Positions 24,101 through 34,061 of a DNA stretch of 64,000 nt are shown here, piece by piece. Origin of the DNA: a bacterium (lineage in GTDB: Bacteria; UBA8248). Where the stretch lies: the NCBI GenBank assembly GCA_965203325.1, contig OZ241875.1, forward strand, positions 2,304,001-2,368,000. Reading direction: 5' to 3'. Both the position numbers and the translations under genes were made by a program. Numbering within the stretch: position 1 is the first letter of the stretch; each line of letters opens with the position of its first letter. Under the pieces are notes generated by a model, which saw only the letters and a program-made list of their open reading frames with translations, made no database searches and had not been told where the DNA came from.

Positions 24101-24427
24101 GTAAGGGCAGGCCACCGTGCCTGACCGACACGCTGGAAATGGACAACCACAGGGGGTAGAACATCCCGGAAGGGCATCGCAGGGCCGTTTCGTGAAGCGC
24201 CCCTTTTTTCGCAGAGGCCGTTCGCGAACGGCCCATGCAGTTCCTGTGTTGGCGATTCGCCAGACACATCTTCAACCGGGTTGGCGTTTTGGTAAGGACA
24301 GGTCGCGACCTGTCCCTGCAGCCTCTTCCTGATTGCCGGAATCACCCCCTTCGGGCCGCATTTATGCGGCCCCTACACAAAACCCTTGGGTGGCGACGGT
24401 TCTGTAGGGGTCGCATATATGCGACCC
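24101..24427. repeat. Cluster of about six GTAG-type REP-like palindromes
   Basis: e.g. GTAAGGACAGGTCGCGACCTGTCCCTGC 24292-24319, GGGCCGCATTTATGCGGCCCCTAC 24353-24376, GTAGGGGTCGCATATATGCGACCC 24404-24427. Confidence 0.75.
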
Positions 24428-24546
24428 ACCCCCATGCGCCAATGCCCGTGCCCCCTTGCAATCGAGCCGTAAATCCGCTTCATTACGGGCGAACGCGGCG
24501 CGCGATTGGACGCGCGCATCCTGAAGAGACAGAAACGGTGAAGTTG

Positions 24547-25971
24547 ATGAGCGGTTTTGCGAGGGAGACCATCGTCGCGCTCTCCACGGCCCCCGGGCGC
24601 GGGGCCATCGCGGTCGTCCGCCTGAGCGGAGCCAGGTCGCTCCCCATTCTCGAAGGACTCTTCGCGCCCCGAAAGGAGAGAAGCACGTTTCCCAAAGGGC
24701 GGCCCGTGCTCGGGCGCTTTGTGGATGAGGGACAGGCCTTCGATGAGGGCCTCGCGCTCTATCATCCGGGACCCGATTCCGTCACGGGAGAGGACGTTGT
24801 CGAGATGCACTGCCACGGCGGCCCGGCGGTCGTGGGGACCATCCTGCGCCTCGCCCGGGAGATGGGCGCCAGGCCGGCCGCAGAGGGCGAATTCACCCGG
24901 CGCGCCTTCCTGGAGGGGAAGATCGACCTGGTTCAGGCCGAAGCCGTGGCGGACCTCGTGGCCGCGCAGACCGAAAAGGCGGCGCGCGCGGCGCTCCATC
25001 ACCTGGAAGGACGCCTCTCGCAGGCCTTGGAAGGCGTATGGGAGAAAATCGTGGAGGCGGGCGCGCATATCGAGGCGGCAATCGATTTCCCCGATGAGTT
25101 CGAGCCGGGCGCAGGCCCCACGGTTTCCGGCGCTCCGATGGGAAGTGCTGAGCTCGCAGGCCTTTTCGCGCAGATAGAAGCCGCGCTCGGGCGGCTCGTC
25201 GAGAGCTACCGCTCCGGCAGGATCCTGAGAGAGGGCGCGCGCGCCGCCATCCTCGGGAGGCCCAACGCGGGAAAATCCACGCTTCTGAACGCGCTCCTGG
25301 GGGCGGATCGCGCCATTACGAGCGAGGTTCCGGGCACCACGCGCGACACCGTGGAGGAGGTCTGCGATTTCGGGGGCGCGCCGGTGCGGCTCATCGACAC
25401 GGCGGGCCTGCGCGATACGGGCGACCCGGTCGAGCTCGAAGGAACCGAGCGCGCCCGCAAGGCGGCGGAAGAGGCGGATATCGGCCTGATGGTGATGGAT
25501 TTGACGGCAGGGGATGACGAAATCATGTGGGCGGCGCGGGAGGCAAGTGCGCTTGACTGTGAAAACCTGTTTATTTTCAATAAGATGGACAAGTCCACCC
25601 GTGATGTGAAGGCGCGCGCCCTCGCGTTTTTGAACGAGTCGGCGCCGGGTGCCGGAGAGCCGCTCTTCATCTCCGCTCTTACGGGTGAGGGGTTGACGAA
25701 GTTGCGCGAGGAGGTGGCGCGTGTTTTGATGGATGAGGGTGGGCTTTCGGGTGCGGAATCCGTTCTCACGCGGGAGCGCCACCACGGCCAGATCGCGAAG
25801 TGCCTGGAAGCCGTGAGGAATGCCCGGGCGGGCGCCGAGGGCGAGCTTTCCCCCGAACTGGTGGCGGTTCACCTGAACGAGGCGCAGACGGCGCTCGCGG
25901 AACTCCTGGGCCGGGATTACGGAGAAGCGCTTCTGGACAGAATTTTTTCCACTTTTTGCATCGGAAAATGA
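24547..25971 (+). CDS. mnmE: tRNA modification GTPase MnmE (TrmE)
   Basis: ETIVALST, HCHGG, GRPNAGKST, PGTTRD, DTAGLR, NKMD, C-terminal FCIGK; start moved to ATG 24547. Confidence 0.97.
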   Translation: MSGFARETIVALSTAPGRGAIAVVRLSGARSLPILEGLFAPRKERSTFPKGRPVLGRFVDEGQAFDEGLALYHPGPDSVTGEDVVEMHCHGGPAVVGTILRLAREMGARPAAEGEFTRRAFLEGKIDLVQAEAVADLVAAQTEKAARAALHHLEGRLSQALEGVWEKIVEAGAHIEAAIDFPDEFEPGAGPTVSGAPMGSAELAGLFAQIEAALGRLVESYRSGRILREGARAAILGRPNAGKSTLLNALLGADRAITSEVPGTTRDTVEEVCDFGGAPVRLIDTAGLRDTGDPVELEGTERARKAAEEADIGLMVMDLTAGDDEIMWAAREASALDCENLFIFNKMDKSTRDVKARALAFLNESAPGAGEPLFISALTGEGLTKLREEVARVLMDEGGLSGAESVLTRERHHGQIAKCLEAVRNARAGAEGELSPELVAVHLNEAQTALAELLGRDYGEALLDRIFSTFCIGK

Positions 25972-26061
25972 AAATAATAAAATTTCGGCAGAATTAGGCG
26001 ATAAATTTAGATAAAAATAAGATAATTTAACGCTATTTTGTGAATTTCTGGAGGTTTTCCG

Positions 26062-27981
26062 TTGGCTGTTTCGTATGACGTAATCGTCGTGGGCGGCGGG
26101 CACGCCGGATGCGAGGCGGCGCTCGCCGCGGCGCGCATGGGCGCGCGCACCATGATGCTCACGATGAACCTCGACACCGTGGGCTTGATGTCGTGCAATC
26201 CGGCCATCGGCGGGCTGGCGAAGGGCGTCCTGGTGCGCGAGGTGGACGCGCTCGGCGGCGAGATGGCCCGCGCCATCGACGCCACGGGGATTCAGTTCCG
26301 GATGCTGAACACGAAAAAAGGCCCCGCCGTACAGGCCCTGCGCGCCCAGGCGGACAAGCAGCGCTACCGCGCGTATATGAAAAACACGGTCGAGAGCCAG
26401 GCGGGACTCGACCTCAAGCAGGGGATGGTGCAAAGGCTTCTCGTCGAGAACGGGGCGATAGCGGGCCTTCAGGATCATTTCGGGGAAACCTGGGAGGCGC
26501 GCGCGGTCGTGCTGACGCCGGGCACCTTCACGCGCGGTCTTCTCCACTACGGCGACAGGAAGGTCGAGGGCGGGCGCGCGGGCGAGGGTTCGGCGAACGA
26601 ACTCACGAAGCAACTCGTCTCCTTCGGCTTCGCCATCGGGCGTATGAAGACGGGGACGCCGCCCCGGCTGGACGCGAAATCCATTGATTTTCAAATGCTT
26701 GACGTGCAGCCCGGCGACGACCCGCCCCTTCCGTTCTCATACCGCACCGCGTCCATCGAACAGGAACAGATGCCGTGCTGGATCACCTACACGAACCCTG
26801 AGACGCATGAGGTCATCCGGCGGAACATCGAGCGCGCACCCATGTACAACGGCCAGATCGACGCGATCGGCGTGCGCTACTGCCCGAGCATCGAGGACAA
26901 AATAATGCGCTTCGAGGGCAAACGGGAGCACCAGATATTCCTGGAGCCCGAAGGGCGCGAGACTTGCGAGATCTACGTGAACGGGCTTTCCACCAGTCTG
27001 CCGGTGGACGTGCAAATCCGTATGTTAAGGACAATCAAAGGTTTAGAAAGAGCCGAGATGATGCGCCCGGGCTACGCCGTCGAGTACGACCACGTGGAGC
27101 CGACAGAGCTCGACGCCAGCCTGATGACGAAGAAGATGCCGGGGCTCTTCCACGCCGGCCAGATCAACGGGACGACGGGGTACGAGGAGGCCGCCGCCCA
27201 GGGGATCATGGCGGGGATCAACGCCACCCGCTACCTTCGCGGCAAAGAACCCGTCGTTTTGAGCCGCGAAGAAGCCTATATCGGTGTTCTCATCGACGAT
27301 CTCATCACCAAGGGAACGGCCGAGCCCTACCGGATGTTCACCAGCCGGGCCGAGCACAGGCTCCTGCTCCGCCACGACAACGCGGATTTCCGCCTGATGG
27401 AACTCGGCCGCAGGGTCGGCTCTCTGGACGAGGCCGCCTGGCGCGCCTTCGAGAAGAAGTCGAAACGGGCGCAGGAGGCCATCACCTATCTCGAAACCAC
27501 GACCGTGAACCCCAAGCCGGAGGTCCGAAACGCCATGGAGGCGGCGGGCTCCAGGCCGCTCAAGAAGCCGTCCGCACTTGCCGATATCCTGAGACGCCCC
27601 GAAGCGGGGCCGGCACTGGCGATTCGGGTCGATTCCGTCGATAAAGGCCGTTTTGGGGAGATTTGGGAGGCGCTGGACCGCGAATCGCGGCGCTACGTTC
27701 TGGCCGAGGTGAAATACAAGGAGTATTTCGAGCGGGAATACCAGCAGGTCCATCATCTGAGGATGGCCGACCGGGTGAAGATACCCGAGAACATCTCGTA
27801 TTCGGATGTGGGCCACCTGACGGCGGAAGTGCGCCAAAGGCTCGAGCAGATACGGCCCAAAACCCTCGGGCAGGCCAGCCGCATCTCGGGCGTGACGCCC
27901 GCCGCCGTCGCCGTGCTTGAGGTCTACATCCGTAAACAGAGCGGAAATTCGCGGGAGGAGGCCGCCTCGCCTGTTTCGTGA
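26062..27981 (+). CDS. mnmG: tRNA uridine modification enzyme MnmG (GidA)
   Basis: [51 protein letters not shown]. Confidence 0.98.
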   Translation: MAVSYDVIVVGGGHAGCEAALAAARMGARTMMLTMNLDTVGLMSCNPAIGGLAKGVLVREVDALGGEMARAIDATGIQFRMLNTKKGPAVQALRAQADKQRYRAYMKNTVESQAGLDLKQGMVQRLLVENGAIAGLQDHFGETWEARAVVLTPGTFTRGLLHYGDRKVEGGRAGEGSANELTKQLVSFGFAIGRMKTGTPPRLDAKSIDFQMLDVQPGDDPPLPFSYRTASIEQEQMPCWITYTNPETHEVIRRNIERAPMYNGQIDAIGVRYCPSIEDKIMRFEGKREHQIFLEPEGRETCEIYVNGLSTSLPVDVQIRMLRTIKGLERAEMMRPGYAVEYDHVEPTELDASLMTKKMPGLFHAGQINGTTGYEEAAAQGIMAGINATRYLRGKEPVVLSREEAYIGVLIDDLITKGTAEPYRMFTSRAEHRLLLRHDNADFRLMELGRRVGSLDEAAWRAFEKKSKRAQEAITYLETTTVNPKPEVRNAMEAAGSRPLKKPSALADILRRPEAGPALAIRVDSVDKGRFGEIWEALDRESRRYVLAEVKYKEYFEREYQQVHHLRMADRVKIPENISYSDVGHLTAEVRQRLEQIRPKTLGQASRISGVTPAAVAVLEVYIRKQSGNSREEAASPVS

Positions 27982-28022
27982 TCCCACCCTGGAGAGTTTC
28001 TTCCGAAAACCATATTTTACCC

Positions 28023-28052
28023 GTAGGGGCGGACACACGGGTCTGCCCCTAC
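28023..28052. repeat. GTAG-type REP-like palindrome
   Basis: GTAGGGGCGGACACACGGGTCTGCCCCTAC. Confidence 0.75.
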
Positions 28053-28171
28053 GAAACCGTCGTCTCTCTTGTGTTAGAGACAGCCCCGAAATGGAACAGT
28101 CTTAACACATCAAAACCTCCGAAATTTCTCGGAACACAACCCCTGCCATTCGATTCACACGGCCCCCCCAT

Positions 28172-28187
28172 TGTTCCACGTGGAACA
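28172..28187. promoter_or_regulatory. parS centromere site 1
   Basis: Perfect palindrome TGTTCCACGTGGAACA matching the widespread parS consensus, upstream of parA. Confidence 0.92.
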
Positions 28188-28214
28188 TTCTCTCCCCGGA
28201 TTTGGCGGAAATTT

Positions 28215-28230
28215 TGTTCCACGTGAAACA
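28215..28230. promoter_or_regulatory. parS centromere site 2
   Basis: TGTTCCACGTGAAACA matches the TGTTNCACGTGAAACA consensus. Confidence 0.92.
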
Positions 28231-28306
28231 TCCGGTTGTAATTTCAGGGGTAGTGTGAGAATCTTTGTTTATCGCAAGCCGTTTTCACCCGCCCTGAAAC
28301 AACAAT

Positions 28307-29152
28307 ATGGATATCACACCCGGAGCGACCATCTCCCCGAGCGTTCCCGACGCAGGCGCCAATGAAGGCCCGTGCACGATCGTGGCCGTCGTGAACCAGA
28401 AAGGCGGCGTCGGCAAGACGACGACGGCCGTCAACCTCGCGGCCTGCCTCGCCGTAGCGGATCAGCCGACGCTGCTGGTCGACATGGACCCGCAATCGAA
28501 CGCGACGAGTAATTTCGGTTTATTTTCGCCTTCATCTTCACTCTACAGGGCGCTCGTGCTGGGCGAGTCGATAGACGATGAATCCCTGTATGACACTGAA
28601 ATTAAATGCTTAAGCGTTTTGCCCTCCTCCATCGACCTGGCGGGTGCGGAAGTGGAGATCGCGGATTTGCCGCAAAGAGAGAGCCGCTTGCGGAACGTCA
28701 TCGAACCGCTCCGGAGCCGGTTCCGTTATATCCTCATCGACTGCCCGCCCTCTCTGGGTTTTCTCACCTTGAACGGCTTACGGGCGGCGGACGAGGTGCT
28801 CATCCCCATTCAGGCGGAGTATTTCGCATTGGAGGGGCTGGCCCGGCTCATGAAGACGGTGGAGCGGATACGCGGCAGCGTTCATCCCGATCTCAGAATA
28901 GGCGGCATTCTGCTCACCATGTATGACTCGAGGACGAATCTCTCGCGTCAGGTGAACGAGGACTTGCGCTCCCATCTGCCGGAGTTGACCTACAGGGCCG
29001 TGATTCCCAGGAACGTGCGCCTCGCCGAGGCGCCGAGCCACGGGAAGCCGGTGATCACCTACGACATCTCCTCGCCGGGCGCACAGGCGTATCTCGCGCT
29101 GGCGGGCGAGTTCATCACGCGCTCGAAGGAAAGGATGAAAAACCGGACATGA
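28307..29152 (+). CDS. parA: Chromosome partitioning ATPase ParA/Soj
   Basis: NQKGGVGKTTT, DMDPQSN, IDCPPSLG, IPRNVRLAEAPSHG. Confidence 0.96.
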   Translation: MDITPGATISPSVPDAGANEGPCTIVAVVNQKGGVGKTTTAVNLAACLAVADQPTLLVDMDPQSNATSNFGLFSPSSSLYRALVLGESIDDESLYDTEIKCLSVLPSSIDLAGAEVEIADLPQRESRLRNVIEPLRSRFRYILIDCPPSLGFLTLNGLRAADEVLIPIQAEYFALEGLARLMKTVERIRGSVHPDLRIGGILLTMYDSRTNLSRQVNEDLRSHLPELTYRAVIPRNVRLAEAPSHGKPVITYDISSPGAQAYLALAGEFITRSKERMKNRT

Positions 29153-30075
29153 CGACCGTGAGAAAAAAAGTGCTCGGACGGGGCCTGGACGCGCTCCTGG
29201 CCTCCCATGATGCGCAAGAGCCCGCACCGGCGGTACTGGACCCTCCTGGAGGCGCCGCCGAAGACGGGGGCATTCTGATGCGGCTTTCTCCTGCCCGCCT
29301 CGCTCCCGGCGTTCACCAGCCGCGCGTCGATTTCGACGAGGAGGACCTGGCCGAACTGGCCGAATCCGTGAAGCGCCACGGGGTGATCCAGCCCCTTCTT
29401 GTCCGGCGCGCCCCGGGCGGGGGATACGAGATCGTGGCCGGGGAACGGCGCTGGCGGGCCGCGCGCCTGGCGGAAGTCGATGAGGTTCCCGCCATCCTGG
29501 TCGACGCGGGCGGGGATGAGGCGCTCGAGCTCGCCATCGTCGAGAACGTGCAGCGCGCGGACCTGAATCCCATGGAAGAGGCGGCCGCGTATGCGAGCAT
29601 GATGGAGCGCCTGGGTCTCACGCAGGAAGAGACCGCCTCCCGCGTGGGCAAGGACCGCTCCACCGTCGCGAACTACCTCCGCCTGCTCAATCTGCCCGCC
29701 TCCGTTCAGGAGAGCGTCGCCGCAGGACTCCTCACCATGGGGCACGCCAGGGCGCTCTTGTCCCTGCGCACGGACGAGGAGATGGCGAGCCACGCCAGCG
29801 CCGCCGTCGAGAAGAGGCTCTCCGTGCGCCAGCTGGAGACGCGCGTCAGGCGCGTGCTCGAAGGCGGGAGAGAGAATAGGGAAGCCCTGCCGCGGCCCGT
29901 TCCGCAGAACGGGCCCTCGGGGCCGCAGGCGCTTTATCTCAGGGAGGCGGCCGAGCGGCTCAGAAGCGCGCTGGGAACGAAAGTCGCGATTTCGGGAGAC
30001 GAGGAGAGCGGAAAGATAGAAATAGAGTATTATACGAGGGATACGCTTGAGGGGTTGCTCCAGCGGCTTTGTTAG
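29149..30075 (+). CDS. parB: Chromosome partitioning protein ParB/Spo0J
   Basis: LGRGLDALL, QPR, AGERRWRAA, ENVQRADLNPMEEA, HTH region. Confidence 0.96.
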   Translation: MTTVRKKVLGRGLDALLASHDAQEPAPAVLDPPGGAAEDGGILMRLSPARLAPGVHQPRVDFDEEDLAELAESVKRHGVIQPLLVRRAPGGGYEIVAGERRWRAARLAEVDEVPAILVDAGGDEALELAIVENVQRADLNPMEEAAAYASMMERLGLTQEETASRVGKDRSTVANYLRLLNLPASVQESVAAGLLTMGHARALLSLRTDEEMASHASAAVEKRLSVRQLETRVRRVLEGGRENREALPRPVPQNGPSGPQALYLREAAERLRSALGTKVAISGDEESGKIEIEYYTRDTLEGLLQRLC

Positions 30076-30114
30076 CCCTGGCTTTTCTATCGGGATTCAT
30101 GCGAGGATCGATGA

Positions 30115-30555
30115 ATGGCGAAAAACTATGAGAAAAGCATACGCGCTTTCCTGGGAGAAGGCACCGAGTTCAAGGGCGTCATTACCTTCGAGGGAACCGT
30201 GCGCGTGGACGGCGTCCTCGAAGGGGAGGTCATCACGGATGACACCTTCATCATCGGCACCGCGGCGAACGTGAAGGCCGAGGTCAAGGCCGGCGTCGTC
30301 ATCGTGATGGGCCGGATGGAGGGCAAGATAGAGGCCAAGGAAAAGTGCGAGATCAGAGTCGGCTCCCGCGTGAGCGGGGAGATTTTCACGCCGAGCATAT
30401 ACATCGAAGAAGGGGCTGTGTTCGAGGGGACCTGCCACATGACGGGCGACGGAAGGGGCTCGATAACGAGCGCCGAGGAAGCGAAGGAGGCTCCTGGGGC
30501 CGAGGAGGATTCAGGGGAGAGCGAATCCACGGCATCCGCTCCCGGGGCGGACTGA
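30115..30555 (+). CDS. Bactofilin (polymer-forming cytoskeletal protein)
   Basis: LGEGTEFKG..VRVDG..G..V.G.I..IEEGAVFEG.C beta-helix pattern; acidic tail. Confidence 0.88.
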   Translation: MAKNYEKSIRAFLGEGTEFKGVITFEGTVRVDGVLEGEVITDDTFIIGTAANVKAEVKAGVVIVMGRMEGKIEAKEKCEIRVGSRVSGEIFTPSIYIEEGAVFEGTCHMTGDGRGSITSAEEAKEAPGAEEDSGESESTASAPGAD

Positions 30556-30593
30556 GCGCGCGCTTCGGGACGATTCGGAGAAGGCGGCCGGCT

Positions 30594-30863
30594 ATGGAGA
30601 ATAATCGATCGGCTCTGGGCATATTCGCCGGGTTTGTTTTCTGGCTGGGCATCGCCTACTATTTCTATCAACGCGATTTCACGGGAGCGCTCTGGTTCGT
30701 CGCGGCCTTCGGGCTGGTGTACGGCGTCTATCGTTTGATTCTTCACCTTCTGGCCTCGAACCCGAAGCCTCGCCACATGCAGGATGAGGGCGTCGACCCG
30801 CCGCCCCGCTCGGATCTGCCCGACTATGATTTCGAGGATGCGAAGCCGAAAGATTTCGAGTGA
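30594..30863 (+). CDS. Small two-TM membrane protein
   Basis: Two hydrophobic segments and an acidic tail; GGAGAAGG upstream of ATG 30594. Confidence 0.55.
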   Translation: MENNRSALGIFAGFVFWLGIAYYFYQRDFTGALWFVAAFGLVYGVYRLILHLLASNPKPRHMQDEGVDPPPRSDLPDYDFEDAKPKDFE

Positions 30864-30963
30864 TGCGATCTGAGAATCGAATTTTCTCGTATAAGCGGCT
30901 CGGGCATTCGAGGAATTCTTCGAGCATCGGAAGAAAAGTTGTCTATGAAATCACTCCCCTTCA

Positions 30964-31223
30964 AGGGCTTGTTGAAAAACCCCCTGAGAGGGTGATGGCA
31001 ACCCCCTTGAAAGGGAAATCCCATAAAGGCAACCCCCCCTTGTCAGGGGGACAAGAAAAAGCAAAGCTCCCTCAGCCCGGCGGGGGCGCATCGCCTTTTT
31101 ATACCCCCCTGACAAGGGGGGGTAAGGGGGGTTGGTTTTCGACGGGGGAGGTCGGGGGTTCGCGCGAAAGCGGACTTCCCGCTAAAGGCAAAATCCCCCG
31201 AGAAGGATTTTTTCAACATCCCC
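30964..31223. mobile_element. MITE-like element with IS1182-type ends, inserted in an ACTCCCC-TCAA-GGGGAGT palindrome
   Basis: Left end AGGGCTTGTTGAAAAACCCC, right end GGATTTTTTCAACATCCCC; flanks CACTCCCCTTCA and CTCAAGGGGGGAGT; internal long inverted repeat. Confidence 0.7.
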
Positions 31224-31299
31224 CTCAAGGGGGGAGTAATATAAATTCTGATGGCGCTGGCCCTTCCCGGTTTTTTCCGGCGTGATCATTAAGGCCCAA

Positions 31300-31674
31300 A
31301 TGTCCCAGTTCGTCATATACGCCCACAGCGGCGAGCCCGAACGCATCCACCAGATAGCCACCCTCGCGGCGAGTGCCGCCGCGAACGGGGATGAGGTGCA
31401 CGTCATCCTCTTCTTCGATGCGCTCAGGCGGTTCGTGGATGACGAACTCGATACGGCGACCCCGGCGGGAGAGGGCGCGCGCGGCGCGCACTCGGCGGAG
31501 GAACTCATCGAGTCCGCCAGAAGGCTCGGCAAGCTCAGAGTCTACGCCTGCGCCGCGCAGCCCAAGCTCCTGGGTCTGGCGCCCGAAGACGTGGTCGACG
31601 TCGTGGACGAGGTAATCAGCTTGCCTGAGTTCATGCGGAAAACGAAAAATGCGGAGACCAAGCTCTTCATCTGA
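31300..31674 (+). CDS. DsrE/DsrF-like family protein
   Basis: AAANGDEVHVILFFDAL, RVYACA, C-terminal KLFI pattern. Confidence 0.7.
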   Translation: MSQFVIYAHSGEPERIHQIATLAASAAANGDEVHVILFFDALRRFVDDELDTATPAGEGARGAHSAEELIESARRLGKLRVYACAAQPKLLGLAPEDVVDVVDEVISLPEFMRKTKNAETKLFI

Positions 31675-31802
31675 GCCGGTTTTCCCGCGCCGGTTTCCTT
31701 ATATCCCTGATAATGTGCTAGACAAAGGTGAGCGTGCGGCGTTTCGCCCCGCGGTGCGCGGGACGTTATGAGTTTCTTATTCGATCTCGACAGGAAAATG
31801 AC

Positions 31803-32663
31803 ATGAAATTTCTGGCGGCGGCGGCCCAGATAGGGCCCAGGCTCGGGAATCTCGAAGCGAACCGTGAATTGCTGGCGGAGGAAGTGAGAAAAGCCGAGGC
31901 GGAAAACGTCGATCTCCTCATTTTTCCCGAACTCTCGCTCACCGGCTATTTCCTGAAGGACATGGTCCCCGAGGTGGCCATCAAGCGCAACACCGCGCCG
32001 ATGAGGGAAATCGCCGCCCTGAGCAAGAATCTCTCCCTGGTGGTGGGCTTCGTCGAGGAGTCGCGCAGGCACGGGTTCTTCAATTCGGCCGCCTATTTCG
32101 AAAACGGCGAACTTCTCCACGTGCACCGCAAGGTCTATCTGCCGACGTACGGATTGTTCGATGAGAACCGTTACGTGGGCCGGGGAGACAAGGTGCGCGC
32201 CTTCGATACCCGCTTCGGGCGCGCGGCCATCCTCATCTGCGAGGACGCCTGGCACCCGAGCCTGGCGGGGGTCGCCTCGCTCGACGGCGCGGATCTGCTC
32301 ATCGTTCCCTCGGCGAGTCCCGCACGCGGCGTCAGCAAGGCGAACGGCGAGGGCGGCCTCGCGATACAGCGCGTCTGGCGGTCCCTCACGAGAACCTACG
32401 CCGCGGCCTACAACCAGCATGTCGTCTTCAGCAACCGGGTGGGCTATGAGGACGGCATCAACTTCTGGGGGGGGTCCGAGATACTCGCGCCCAGCGGGGA
32501 GCCGCTCGCCCAGGCCGAGCGTGCCAGGGAACAATTGCTCGTCACGGAAGTGGACACGGCGAACGTGCGCCGCGCGCGCATCGCATCCCCCACGCTCCGG
32601 GATGAGGACCTGCACCTCACGCTGCGCGAACTCCGCCGCATCCAGCGCTCACGGGAGGCGTGA
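31803..32663 (+). CDS. Nitrilase-family protein, probable stand-alone glutaminase subunit of NAD synthetase
   Basis: FPELSLTGY (Glu), HRKVYLPTYGLFDENRY (Lys), ICEDAW (Cys); nadE nearby. Confidence 0.8.
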   Translation: MKFLAAAAQIGPRLGNLEANRELLAEEVRKAEAENVDLLIFPELSLTGYFLKDMVPEVAIKRNTAPMREIAALSKNLSLVVGFVEESRRHGFFNSAAYFENGELLHVHRKVYLPTYGLFDENRYVGRGDKVRAFDTRFGRAAILICEDAWHPSLAGVASLDGADLLIVPSASPARGVSKANGEGGLAIQRVWRSLTRTYAAAYNQHVVFSNRVGYEDGINFWGGSEILAPSGEPLAQAERAREQLLVTEVDTANVRRARIASPTLRDEDLHLTLRELRRIQRSREA

Positions 32664-32735
32664 GTTTTTCTTGGAGCGATGACTTGCCTGACAGGCTTGC
32701 CCCCGATTTTTGTGTTTGATCGTCTTTACGGTTTT

Positions 32736-33093
32736 GTAGGGGCGGACCCATGTGTCCGCCCAATCAGAATCGGGAGGACACGCGGGTCCTCCCCTACGGG
32801 TGCTCTCGTCCCCTGCCCGGAGCAAAGGCGCTTCCCATCCGGCTGGACTCCACAAACCCTTTCTGCTCGGGGTTGACCACCGCCGTCATTCCGGCGAAAG
32901 CCGGAATCCATTTTTACGCCTTTTGCCTTTCTTCAGGGTTCCCGCGCATCGGCGTGGAATGAAACGCCGCCGCGCCTTCACCCGCATCCGCAAATGGATT
33001 CCGGCTTTCGCCGGAATGACGAACAAAACCACACCAAAAGAGAGGTTTGCGCCTACGGTTCAAGGGTAGGGGCGGTTAGCGAACCGCCCCTAC
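32736..33093. repeat. Mosaic of GTAG-type and CGTC-type palindromic repeats
   Basis: GTAG pair 32736-32797; CGTCATTCCGGCGAAAGCCGGAATCCA 32884-32910 with exact inverted copy 32995-33021; GTAGGGGCGGTTAGCGAACCGCCCCTAC 33066-33093. Confidence 0.85.
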
Positions 33094-33104
33094 GGATTGA
33101 CCCC

Positions 33105-33884
33105 CTACACATCCCGCCATTCGGTCCTGGAGGGCAGCGCGCCGCCCCGGAAGTTGAACAGCACGGCGGGAGCGTCGCTCGCGTTGTGCACCGTGTGCCA
33201 CGCCCCGCCCGGCGTGTGGACGAGATCGCCCCCCGCCGCCTCGATGGTCTCGTCTTCGATGATGAAGTTCATGCGTCCTTCCAGCACGAGCGTCGCCTCA
33301 TCCATCGTCTCCTGATGCCGGTGGACGTGCGGCCTGCCGCCCGGAGGGAACGAGACGATCTGGCATTCGAGGTATTCGGTGGCGATGGCGCGCGCGAGGC
33401 CCTTTTCCTTCACTGAGCCTGCATCGAACGGCCCCGTGAGCCCGGCGACGTCGCCCTTGATGTAGGGAACGGGAGGCGCCAGGGGGTTTTCCACCGACTT
33501 GGGGTCGGGATTGGGGGGCGGGTCGCCTTCGGGCAGCAGAAAGCCGGAAGGCATCCGGCCGCCTCTGAAATTGAACTCTATCAACTCATCGCCGCTTATG
33601 TTCTTCATGTTGTGCATCGAACCGCGCGGGTTCAGGAGAACGTCGCCCTTCGCGACTTCGAAGGTCTGCCCGTTGTTGAGGATGAGCCCGCGACCGTTAT
33701 AGATGAGGTAGCCCTCGTCCATCTCCTTGTGGTGCGCGTGATAGGGGGGATAAGCGCCCGGCGGAAGGACGATGACCCGCACCTCCAGATTCGGCGTGTC
33801 GATGAGGATGGGCGAGCCTTTGCGCATCGCCTCCTCCTGGTCGTAGACCCATTTCAAGTCTTGGATGTTTCCCACGTAAGGCAT
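33105..33884 (-). CDS. Bicupin protein
   Basis: Two cupin domains: HAH..MDE..PRGSMH and HRH..MDE..PGGAWH. Confidence 0.8.
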   Translation of the reverse strand: MPYVGNIQDLKWVYDQEEAMRKGSPILIDTPNLEVRVIVLPPGAYPPYHAHHKEMDEGYLIYNGRGLILNNGQTFEVAKGDVLLNPRGSMHNMKNISGDELIEFNFRGGRMPSGFLLPEGDPPPNPDPKSVENPLAPPVPYIKGDVAGLTGPFDAGSVKEKGLARAIATEYLECQIVSFPPGGRPHVHRHQETMDEATLVLEGRMNFIIEDETIEAAGGDLVHTPGGAWHTVHNASDAPAVLFNFRGGALPSRTEWRDV

Positions 33885-34061
33885 AAGGACTCCAGATAAT
33901 CAGTGGATGGGGGAAAGGTAGCCTCTGGCATCCGGCGCGGTCAATGGCGCAAGGCCGTTGCGGAGCGCGTGCGCGGGAGGCATGATAGGGGCGGAGCTTC
34001 ACTGGAGGATTTCTCGCAGCGGAGAATCGGTTTGCTGGACGAAGGAATCATAGAAGACGCG

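Noticed and set aside
24101..24427. Possible CRISPR array in the palindrome clusters (also 32736-33093, 55556-55653)
   Set aside because: Units differ in sequence, are irregularly spaced and partly inverted; no cas genes in the window.
24235..24546. Extra ~100 aa at the MnmE N-terminus
   Set aside because: Translated REP palindromes; homology starts near ETIVALST.
25972..26061. AT-rich spacer upstream of mnmG as an E. coli-like oriC
   Set aside because: No DnaA boxes and only 90 bp; more likely a promoter region, and dnaA-flanking sites are far better supported.
30860..31285. ORFs across repeat regions (also 32649..33069, 57784..58343, 61055..62044)
   Set aside because: Translations of MITE/REP sequence (e.g. 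VIPAKAGIH, PPLTGG) or antisense frames, not credible proteins.
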